DNA of 64,000 nt from Octopus vulgaris (lineage: Eukaryota): assembly GCA_951406725.2 (NCBI GenBank), contig OX597815.1, positions 39,804,001 through 39,868,000 on the forward strand, read 5' to 3'. Position numbers and translations under genes: made by a program. The notes under the pieces were generated by a model. That model saw nothing but the letters and a program-made list of their open reading frames with translations, did no database searches and was not told the origin of the DNA. This document shows, piece by piece, positions 38,651 to 49,340 of this stretch. The stretch's first letter is position 1, and each line of letters starts with the position of its first letter.

Positions 38651-39082
38651 ATATTTTTTAAATGTCTTACTTTGAAAAATTGCATTCGGTGGGATTAGTA
38701 ATATTTTTGGTAGAAATGACTAATTGTCCCTCTTAGCGTTTGGCATGTATATATAATGCCTTCTGGCATGTATGTATAATGCCCTCTATATATAAATTAA
38801 TATGTTCAATAAGAAATAATTATTTTCGAAATTTTTTCTCTTATGAGGTTTTTACGCTATCTACCTGACAATTTCTTGTTAAGTTTTCCTTATTAAGTAG
38901 TTGTCCTTAATTGCTAAATTTTTATTCCGAAAAAACTTTTCCTCTCCCGAAATGCAATTCGTAAAAGTTTGCCATTTGACCGGATGTAATATATGTAAAC
39001 TCACCCATGTGCTTCGTTGATGTTGAACAGTTAGCTGATCGACTTAAGCGGGGCAGGGTCGTTGTTTATTTATAATGCATTC

Positions 39083-39130
39083 AGGCCTGCTGATGAGTAC
39101 GTAAGTATGAAATCACTGTGATACAGGTCT
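39083..39130 (+). ncRNA. Minimal type I hammerhead ribozyme, copy 2
   Basis: Identical to copy 1, 480 nt downstream. Predicted cleavage after 39123. Confidence 0.88.
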
Positions 39131-39266
39131 ATATTTTTTAAATGTCTTACTTTCAAAAATTGCATTCGGTGGGATTAGTAATATTTTTGGTAGAAATGAC
39201 TAATTGTCCCTTTTAGCGTTTGGCATGTATATATAATGCCTTCTGGCATGTATGTATAATGCCCTC

Positions 39267-39303
<37 letters not shown>

Positions 39304-40193
39304 CATGGACTTATTCCTTGATTTTTACAAGTGAATTTTCCATTTGTTCTTCAATCAATGAATTTTGGTGTAGATGGAAAGACAGGCACAGATATGGTTG
39401 TGTGTTTAAGAATTTGGCTTTGCAGTCAGGCACTTCTGGACTCATTCATTATTTACATCACCTTAAGCAAGTTGAAGTATCTTCTAATATAGTCACAGAT
39501 CAACCCAAGCCATGTAAATGAAAATGTATCAGTAGAAAATGTACAAAAATCTAATAAACTACATGTTTTTTGGTTGCTAGACTCAATCTATCACTTAATT
39601 TAACCATTCCATGGGTGTAGAATCCACTGTCACAAGCATTCAGACTAAATCTATATTTTACTGCACAGAATCAAAACTTTTACCTCCTCTTCACCCACCA
39701 CCTTCAAATACCCTGTAAAGATTATGGTCACTGTTCTTTGGCCACTAACTATACAAATAGGAGGCATGGTTGTATGGTGAATCTCACTTTGCAACCACAT
39801 GGTTTCAAGTTCAGTCCCGCAGCACAGCACTTTAGAGCCTTGTGTTGACTAATGCCTTGTGAATAAACTTGGTAGATGGAAACTGTGCATGTGTATGTGT
39901 GTATTTGTCCCCACCATTGCATTCAGTGTTTGTTTACATCCCCATAAAATAACAGTTCGGTGAAAGAGACCAATAGAATAAGTGCTAGGGTTAATCTGTT
40001 CAATTAAGCCCTTCCATGCAGTGCAACAATGTGACAGCAGTCCAATATCTGAAACAAGAAAAAATATTAGAAAAAAAACCCAACAGATTTTCTTTACACG
40101 ATAACAGTTTTAAGTGATGTTCTGCCAATTGGTTACATTACTTATGTTTCCTATGTTTTATAGAATTCTTACTCTATCTTCTTTAATCTGTAG

Positions 40194-40338
40194 GTGCAAT
40201 GGATTAGAAAGTACATCAGATGACACACAGTTCGACAGCATCGGTCCTGTTACAGATGTTAACTTAATTGATGAGTATACTATTCAAGTGGACATTGCTC
40301 CCTTTAAAGTTATCAGTATCCTGCTATATTTTTTGTAA
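40194..40338 (+). CDS. MAN2C1: MAN2C1 terminal coding exon
   Basis: ctgtAG acceptor, phase 2. Encodes CNGLES...IQVDIAPFKVISILLYFL-stop, comparable to CDLLE...LTFSPFQVLSLLL. Confidence 0.92.
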
Positions 40339-40371
40339 GATGAATGTTTTTATAACTGAATATTTTAAGAA

Positions 40372-40377
40372 AATAAA
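40372..40377 (+). terminator. Candidate polyadenylation signal (alternative at 40504-40509)
   Basis: AATAAA 34 nt after the stop codon, with T/GT-rich sequence downstream. Confidence 0.45.
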
Positions 40378-40801
40378 TATAATAGAAAAGATTATCACAG
40401 TGTTTAAATTTATTTTGTGAATTATTTTATGAATAGTTGCATATTATTGACTTCTCAGATGTCATCCACATTACAGTGGAGTGGGTGGAAACAATATTTA
40501 ATGAATAAAATATTAAAAATGTAAAAGTAGAATCAAACATGATGCCTTTGAATGTTACCTTTTCAGTTTTCCAGCAAATATGGCAGACAGCTCTGAATAC
40601 ACTGCAATTCATTTATATATTTATGTATTTTTAGCTTTCCTAGATAACCATTAGCATCTCCAAAATTTTGCAATGTGTAAGTGGATAAATTGGCTGAGCA
40701 AATATATAAATTTATATGTAGGTGTAACTGGTCATTCTTCAGATGCTGAAACCACCAGGAGAAATCATCATGTATATTATATATGTATAAATATATATAT
40801 A

Positions 40802-42820
40802 TCATCATCATCATTTAATGTCCGCTTTCCATGCTAGCATGGGTTGGACGATTTGACTGAGGTCTGGCGAACCAGATGGCTGCACCAGACTCCAATCTGA
40901 TCTGGCAGAGTTTCTATAGCTGGATGTCCTTCCTAATGCCAACCACTCCAAGAGTGTAGTGGGTGCTTTTACGTGCCACTGGCATGAGGGCCAGTCAGGC
41001 ATATGTATATATATATATGCATATATATATATACATACACACACACACATATGTATGTATATATATATACACGCACATACACACACACACACACACACGC
41101 ATACACACACATGTATATGTGAGTGTGTTTATGTGTCTATGTTTGTCCCCCCAACATCACTTGACAACCAAACAACCAATGCTGGTGTGTTTACATTCCT
41201 GTAACTTAGTAGTTCGGGAAAAGAGACCAATAAAATAAGTACTTGGCTTAAAAAGAATAAGCCCCAGGGTCAATTTGCTCAACTAAAGGCAGTGCTCCAG
41301 CATGGCCACTGTCAAATAACTAAAACAAAAGAACAATACAGTCACACACACACACATGTATATATATTCACACATATACATACACATATAGACATATATA
41401 CACATATATATATATTCATATATACACACACACACACATATATAGATATATACATATAAATATATATACATATATACACATATATCTATATATATGTATA
41501 TGCACATATATACACACATGTATATACATATATTCACATGCACACACACATATATATATATACATATAAATATACATGTGTGTGTATGTAAGCTTACATT
41601 CTGGCATTTGCTGAATTTTTTTGAGAACAATCTTTTCTTACTGGTCAGACCATATGGCATCTACATCTAGCATATTGGATGTTCACTTAGTGACCATCCC
41701 TCTTATATGTATGTAATATAATCTTTCTGAATATATAAGTATATATATATATATATATATATATATCATCATCATCATCATCGTTTAGCGTCCGTTTTCC
41801 ATGCTAGCATGGGTTGGACGGGTCAACTGGGGTCTGTGAAGCTGGAAGGCTTCGTCAGGCCCAGTCAGATCTGGCAGTGTTTCTACGGCTGGATGCCCTT
41901 CCTAACGCCAACCACTCCGCGAGTGTAGTGGGTGTTTTTACGTGCCACCTGCACAGGTGCCAGACAGAGCTGGCGAACGACCTCGAACGGATGGTGCTTT
42001 TACGTGCCACCGACACGGGGCCAATATCCAAACTTAGAGGGAAAAATTAGATTTAGGATTAAATCAAATTTCACAGTATAAATTAAATTAGAGATAAAAC
42101 CACTATTAGGCAAATCAAACAGTGAAAGACATAAACCAAAACATAAAAATAAATATAATTAACATAATATACAAAATAAATAAAATTTAAATTTAAAATT
42201 ATTTAAATTTAAAATTTGTATTTATAAATTTTTATATTTTTTTTAATTTAAAATTTATAAATTTTGAACTTTTAATTTGTTAATTTTTTAATTAATTAAT
42301 TTATTAATTATATTTATAAATTTTTTTTTAAACTTAAAAATTATAAATCATCATCGTTTAGCGTCTACTTTCCATGCTAGCATGGGTTGGACGGTTCAAC
42401 TGGGGTCTGGGAAGCCAGAAGGCTGCACCAGGTTCAGTCTGATCTGGCATTGTTTCTACGTCTGGATGCCCTTCCTAACGCCAACCACTCCATGAGTGTA
42501 GTGGGTGTTTTTACGTGCCACCGGCACAGGTACCAGACGAGGCTGGCAAACGGCCACGATCGGATGGTGCTTTTTACGTGCCACCAGCAGAAGCCAGTCA
42601 GAGCAGCACTGGCAACGGCCACGTTCGGATGGTTCTCTTACGTACCACCGGCACTGGTATCACAGCTACAATTTCCATTGATGTTGATCGATTTCGATTT
42701 TCACTTGCCTCAACAGGTCTTCACAAGTAGAGTTTTGTGTCCCAAGAAGGAAAGGTATGCATAAGTGGACCGGCTACATTCCAGGTAGAGGCCTCGGGTT
42801 ATGGTCTCACTTGTCCTACC
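40802..42820 (-). mobile_element. Cluster of RTE 3'-UTR repeats (family C at 40802-41000, 41766-42023, 42348-42820), SINE A tail and microsatellites
   Basis: Repeated (CAT)n-gtttaacgtcc...catgctagcatgggttggacg units. Confidence 0.8.
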
Positions 42821-42986
42821 GAAAGAAGGTTTGAAAATGCAATTTCAAAGATGTTTATTCACTTGATCGGTTTCACTTTTTTAGAAAAAGACTGTCAAAA
42901 GTAAAATGTAAAGCTTTGTACAAGCTTTGTTGTGGTAAGTATTGGTTATATATATATATATTTATATCTATATAAAATAGAGTACA

Positions 42987-43205
42987 TTTAAACGGGTAAT
43001 TTTACACGCTCGAAGAAGCAGTCAAAAGGACCAAAACCACATTTAAGAGCAATTTTCAAAGGGAATGAAAAATAAAAACTTTTACCTAAAAATAAAAAAT
43101 AACAAGGTAAAAGTTTCTATTTTTCATTACCTTCGAAAATTGCTCTTCAATGTGGTTTTGGTCGTTTCGACTGCTTCTTCTAGCATGTAAAAATTACTTG
43201 TTAAA
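42987..43205. repeat. Long imperfect inverted repeat (~100-bp arms, 17-bp spacer) between (TA)n tracts
   Basis: Arm 42987-43087 is the reverse complement of 43105-43205. There is an additional outer match, 42975-42993 vs 43222-43240. Confidence 0.85.
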
Positions 43206-43358
43206 GGTAGTTTTCTCTTGTGTTTAAATGTACACTATTTTATTTTGAAAATATGTTGTCTATTGACGCTATCAAAGTAGCGAATAGGGAGAGAAAGAAT
43301 ACTTTGCATAAGGAAAGAAAAAGAGAGATAGGTGACGGAATGTGTAACAAATGTACAC

Positions 43359-43393
<35 letters not shown>

Positions 43394-43854
43394 GTAAGTA
43401 TATATTAGCATATATGTATATATTATATATATGTATATATATATATTATTTTTATGTTTAAGATTTTATTGTTATTTCATCTTATCGTATTTTACAAACC
43501 CATTTCATCGTTATATTTATTGATAATTCGATATATGGTCTTCGATTTTGCATGTCTTTTACCTGATTTTTATTATTATGTACTCAGCAAATTTTTTAAA
43601 ATGTTGTTTGCATATATACGTTAGGACCTAGATATGTTTTTATGTGAATGTCTGTATTGTAGGCATGCATATGTATTTGTATGTGTGCATCTGTGTATAG
43701 TTGTATATGTGTAAGTAAGTGCATATGTTTATACGTACATGGATGTATATGTGCACATGTATACACTTATATGTGTGTTGGTATGTATTTACGTGCATAT
43801 TTCCATATATTTATATACGTGATCTTATATGTGTATTTATATGCTAATATATAC

Positions 43855-43890
<36 letters not shown>

Positions 43891-44386
43891 GATAATTCAC
43901 AAAAAAACAAAGGACGAAGACAGGTGGTGTAGAAAACAAAGAGATGTATTAGTATAACACTTGGGAATTGAAAAGGTCTTTAACATTTCGAGCCTACGCT
44001 CTTCCACAGAAAGAAACAAGGAGAGAAAAACAATGTGTGTAGTGGCTAGCGATCTATCATGGCGAATGCTGGACAGAAGGGTCACACAGGTGTGCGAAGA
44101 AATAGGGGAGATAACAAAGTAGTAGTGATCCCAAAACAAAGGTGCGCGTGTGTGTAAGAGAGTACATATGTGCGTGTGAAAGAGGGCCGGTGATCTTGAC
44201 GTGTGCGTGTGTGTATGTGTAGGTGTGAAAATGTGGGGATGGGAATTGGTCAGTGCTGGTGTGTGCGTAGTGGTGTGTTGTGATGTGATGTGTTGTGTGG
44301 TATGGAGTAGTGTGGTGTGATGGTGTTGGCAGGTGGGGGAGGCGAGAGTGGGAAACCCAGCATGGAAAGCAGACATTAAATGACAA

Positions 44387-44387
<1 letters not shown>

Positions 44388-44438
<51 letters not shown>

Positions 44439-44465
44439 ATATATATATATATATATATATGCGTG

Positions 44466-44511
<46 letters not shown>

Positions 44512-44568
44512 TATATGCGTGTATATATATATATATATGCGTGTATATATATATATATATATATATGC

Positions 44569-44611
<43 letters not shown>

Positions 44612-44651
44612 TATATATATATATATGGTATATATATATATATATATATGC

Positions 44652-44715
<64 letters not shown>
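44388..44715. repeat. Long (TA)n microsatellite with periodic GCGT interruptions
   Basis: Seen directly. Confidence 0.95.
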
Positions 44716-44716
<1 letters not shown>

Positions 44717-45123
44717 GCATATATATATCAAATAAATAAACAGCAAACTTTGATATTTGTTCATAAATATGGAAGCTAAAACATGTTTAGAGTTTATCTT
44801 GCATATGCTGGGAATATAGGAATACAATATTACCAATATCGTTTATCTCTCATTACATATTTTATATTAGCTTTTTATTGTTTCATGAAATATGATATTA
44901 TTTATCATGCTAATGGCATCTTAGAGATATCTAAATTTTAAACAAATGTCCTTTTCTGTGCCATTAAATATGTGTGTCTCTATTTTTATTAAACAGTTCA
45001 TTCCTTAACAGTTTGACAAGTTATGTTAATGCCATGCTTCCGGTGGTGAGGGGCACAAAAAACATGAGAAGAAACTACTCAAGTTATCTTTCTATTTGCA
45101 GGAATCATGTCAAAAAATAGTGA

Positions 45124-45342
45124 AGGTGCGTGGCTTAGTGGTTAGTGTATTTCGCCCATGATCATTAGGTCATGAGTTCAATCTTGAGCAAGACACTTTA
45201 TTTCAAGTTGCCCCAGTCCACTCAGCTAGCAAAAATGATTTGTACCTGTATTTCAAAGGGCCAGCCTTATCACACTCTCTGTCATGCTGAACCTCCCTGA
45301 TAACTACATTAAGGGTACACATGTCTGTGGAGTGCTCAGCCA
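45124..45342 (+). mobile_element. tRNA-derived SINE of another family (Meta/V-domain-like)
   Basis: tggcttagtgg A-box, gagttcaatc B-box, then ttgagcaagacactt...ccagtccactcagct. Confidence 0.6.
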
Positions 45343-45554
45343 AATATATTGGCCGAATATATGTATGTATATAAATATATGTATGTATCTGTGTATCTTT
45401 CTGTCGAAGAGCGTAGGCTCGAAACGTTAAAGACTTTTTCTATTCCTGAGCACTATACTAATACATTTGTTTGTTTGTACTCCACCTGCCTTCGTCTTTT
45501 GTTTATTTTCGCAAACTTTCCCTTTATATATATATATAGGTATGCATGTAGTCA

Positions 45555-45712
45555 GTGAGTGCTTTTGTGAGTCGTAGCTTTCTGCGAAATTTCGAAATAT
45601 TGTCTTTAATTTCATTATGATTAGATCTTCGTGGGATTGGGGTAAACCATAATCCATTAGCTAGTATACTGATTTTTGTTGCAGAGAGGGTTTTCTTTGA
45701 TAAACTTATTAC
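45555..45712 (-). pseudogene. Penelope-like element ORF fragment (N-terminal region preceding RT)
   Basis: Minus strand reads VISLSKKTLSATKISILANGLWFTPIPRRSNHNEIKDNISKFRRKLRL, matching the PLE motif VINLS..LS..E..LL.KGL.F.PTP...F.RKLRL. Confidence 0.7.
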
Positions 45713-47839
45713 TTTGAGTTTCTCCTGTAAGTTTTATTTCCACGTGTGTCCCTGTTTCTCTCCAATCGGTCTAAAAAATGTTTGCTGTCATTTGGTTGGT
45801 AGTAGTTATCAGTTTTATTATTGTTATTATTTATTATATTGGGATTTATAAAAATATAAAAATACGTAAGGGAAGTTTCGTTTTGGTTATGTGGTGTTAT
45901 TATTTTCCCGTGATGAAGTCATTACCGTAAGGCACCCTCGTGCATTGACTACGTTGATGAACCCCTGAAATGGCCATAGGGACTGTAAATATGTTTGTTT
46001 TTTTTGCTTGGACACCGGCTTTTCTTAAAAAGTTTCCCTTTATCTTAAAAAGTAACTTTTAATCGTAAAAAAGTCTTAATCGATGAGCTTTTATCTATAC
46101 CTTATGCATTTATATGTTTCTTATATATACGTATTTTTATATTTTTATATATTTATTATTCTAGGTTTTATAATGTAAAAAAAAAAATTTAGACGCTGAA
46201 GTATTAATTTTTTATATTGCGATAGACTGTACTCACACTTTTTATATGCTTGTCTAAATAAAATATTGTTTCATCTTCTGTGATTTTGTGCATCCGTATT
46301 CTATGTATAAGAAAAAGCATTATGTTTCTTTATATGTGATTAAATGTTCGAGATGTGATATGTTAAGTGGATGACCTTAAATTTGTTGTTTGTTCTACAA
46401 CTAAAGTTTGTTATACTCGTCTCATTTACTTGATCACTTCTATTGCAGTCCTGTTAACCTCTTGTTCCTAATAAAAAAAACAATCACTATATCTACTCCC
46501 AAAATACTTCAGTAGCTCTATTTTGCATCGCTTGCAAACTTATATGTTCTATGATCATTAAAGTGCAACGACCTCTACAATAACCAGCCTTCAATTTGAA
46601 TTTCCGTTCCTAGGTTAATCGGAAACATAGATTGCTGTACTACTCATAAACCTTCTCAACAGTTCAATTATTTGGTGAAAATATACCACCAAAGCAACTT
46701 AAACCGTCCAAAGGACGGGTGCGTCTGCTAGTAATTTAAAATGTTACGCAAGCGATATTACTTTGAAAACAAGGGTTAAATATTTACTCTCATATATATA
46801 TTTGTGTGTGTATGTGTTGTGTGTGTGTGTATGTGTGTGTGAAATTGATAAGATAAATTTACGGTAATTTACAATAAAAGTTTAGTTTCATTTTGATTAA
46901 AATACTGACGACTTCAAAGCAAAACATCTCATTGTTCACCATTTAGCATTAGCGTACTCTAATCCATACTCTAATTTTAGTTAAGTATTATAAAAATAGT
47001 TATGTTATCCTATTCTTAATAATATAATTTACTGACTATATTTTACATGCAGCGGCAATACACATAAGTCTGGAATGACAACAAGATTTCTTTTTAAGAT
47101 ATATACATTATTTATTTTACATATTTTACAATCATGTTTGATGTTGGAAGTTTGTAAGTGTTCGCATGTTTTTGTGTCTGTGTGTTCGTTAGGCGTAAAA
47201 AGGTACTGACCAGTGAATTGACGATGGGATTTGATTCACAGTTAATGTTGCTGGCATCGGCTTGGCAACAGGTAATAACAGATGGCTTAAGGTAGTTCTT
47301 AGAAGAAACTAGAAGCCAAGAACAGATAATTGATTTACCGTTTATGAGGTACACTGTAAGAGTCCCATATCAAGATATTGCATGTCGCAGTTGAGATTAA
47401 TTGAATCACTCGTTGTGTTTATCTTTCTCTTGATATGAATATACTTCCAGACATGTTACTGTAGCCGTTTTCTTCGTGGCGAGAATTTCACCTAACCGCT
47501 ATCGTTGAATCTGTAGTTGTCTCGTGTACAATTTAAATCTTCGATGTTTGTCGATTGGTTCTTGCTGCTTCTTCATTATTTTCTGCTTGGTTATTTTTCT
47601 CTAGTTATAGATATCTTGTAACCGTTTTCTTCATGGTGATATTTCACATTAACAGTATGAGAGGTATCTGTAACATCTTGTATTAATGGTGGTCGCCTGC
47701 CTCGAAACTGGAACTTGGTCGAGTATTCTGTGTGGTCAGAGACTTAGCTCTGAGAAGAACTAAAAGTCAAAGACGATATTTCTTCTGAGAAACCTTGTTT
47801 TATAAGCTTCACCCGGCTCCCAGTGAACTTCAGAAATGG

Positions 47840-47950
47840 AAAGCTGTGATTGGCTGCTTGGACTATGGCGCGAAAATAAGTCGAGACATTTTGCGCCAAG
47901 TTATAACCAGCGGTGCGAGCGTAGTAGAGACCAACGTGTCAGCCAATCGA
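47840..47950. promoter_or_regulatory. Candidate promoter core in a CpG-enriched island (~47200-48130)
   Basis: gATTGGc at 47848 and gCCAATc at 47942 (NF-Y boxes), GGCGCGAAAA at 47867 (E2F consensus), ttttgcgcc at ~47889. CpG is visibly more frequent than in the flanks. Confidence 0.4.
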
Positions 47951-48440
47951 ATTAGTGTTTACATCAATGTTGAACTAGCCAAAGCTGTTTGTAATCTCGA
48001 CCGAGGTCATTCTATATACTCTTCTCAAACAGTGAAGATAGCACTGAGACGATATTGCTACAGTATTAAGAACGAACTTTCAAATACAAAATATAAACAG
48101 AACAACTAAGTAGAGATGCTGTTATAGCAACGAAGTAAAAATGTCATTATATATATGTTTTCCAGTTTCAGCTCTTGAGCAAAACTGTGCTATTGATATG
48201 TAATTTCAAAGGCTTGATTTTTTTTTTAATTTAGAAAACCATTTTATTAAGCATTTTGAGACAAATGCAAAAAAGTAAAATGAATTATTCCAGTCCGTGT
48301 TGAATGGCTTAGAAAGTATAAATCTTAGAAACCGGAACAAATTCTACAGATTGAAACGCTAAAAAATGTATATATAAACACATTGCATATCATATTTTGG
48401 TTTTTGCAAATATCCTTCAAGTTTTGGTATAAAATATCTT

Positions 48441-48776
48441 AGCGCAGGAGTGGCTTTGTGGTAAGTAGCTCGTTTACCAATCACATGGTTCCGGGTTTAG
48501 TCCCACTGCGTGGCACTCTGGGCAAGTGTCTTCTACTATAGCCTCGGGCCGACCAAAGCCTTGTGAGTGGATTTGGTAGACGGAAACTGAAAGAAGCCCG
48601 TCATATATATGTATATATATATGCGTGTGTGTGTCTGTGTTTGTCCACCTAGCATTGCTTGACAACCGATGCTGGTGTGTTAATAAGTCTCGGGGTTGTG
48701 TTGCTCGATTAAAGGCGGTGCTCCAGCATGGCCGCAGTCAAATGACTGAAAAAGAGTAAAAGAGAGAGTAAAGAGT
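48441..48776 (+). mobile_element. SINE family A with an internal deletion
   Basis: Head, CORE-like body and tail are present. About 60 bp is missing relative to the 48936 copy. Confidence 0.85.
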
Positions 48777-48935
48777 ATACACCTATATGACATTTAATGT
48801 TTCTAATTCTTTGTTTACTAACATCTTGGTTACTCCTTGGATTGCTACTATTCTCATATATATTCAATCTTAAAGTATTTACATCTACTTCTTTCAAATT
48901 CAAGTTACTATTGTATCAAATTAATTCTCTAAGTA

Positions 48936-49340
48936 GGCGTAGGAGTGGCTGTGTGGTAAGTAGCTTGCTTACCAGCCACATGGTTCCGGGTTCAGTCCCA
49001 CTGCGTGGCACCTTGGGCAAGTGTCTTCTATTATAGCCTCGGGCCGACCAATGCCTTGTGAGTGGATTTGGTAGACGGAAACTGAAGGAAGCCCGTCGTG
49101 TATATATATATATATTTGTGTATATGTTTGTGTGTCTGTGTTTGTCCCCCCCCCCAACATCGATTGACAATCGATGGTGGTGTGCTTACGTTCTCGTAAC
49201 TTAGCGGTTCGGCATAAAAGACCGATAGACTAAGTACTAGGCTTACAAAGAATAAGTCCTGGGGTCGATTTGCTCGACTAAAGGCGGTGTTCCAGCATGG
49301 CCACAGTTAAATGACTGAAACAAGTAAAAGAGTAAAAGAG
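48936..49340 (+). mobile_element. Full-length SINE family A with TSD
   Basis: Near-consensus copy. TSD taagta at 48930-48935 and 49341-49346. Confidence 0.9.

Larger units (their letters stand above)
38211..39277 (+). repeat. 480-bp tandem repeat, 2.2 units, bounded by (TA)n; retrozyme-like element
   Basis: Units start with gggattagtaatattttt at 38211, 38691 and 39171. I found only about 3 substitutions between units. Each full unit has a hammerhead. Confidence 0.92.

Noticed and set aside
43681-44836. Long YI/IY-repeat ORFs (also at 40811-41660, 58436-59018, 61292-61759)
   Set aside because: Artefacts of stop-free (TA)n/(CA)n tracts.
47795-48109. 104-aa ORF as a protein-coding gene
   Set aside because: TTG start, no recognisable domain, and it overlaps promoter-like motifs.
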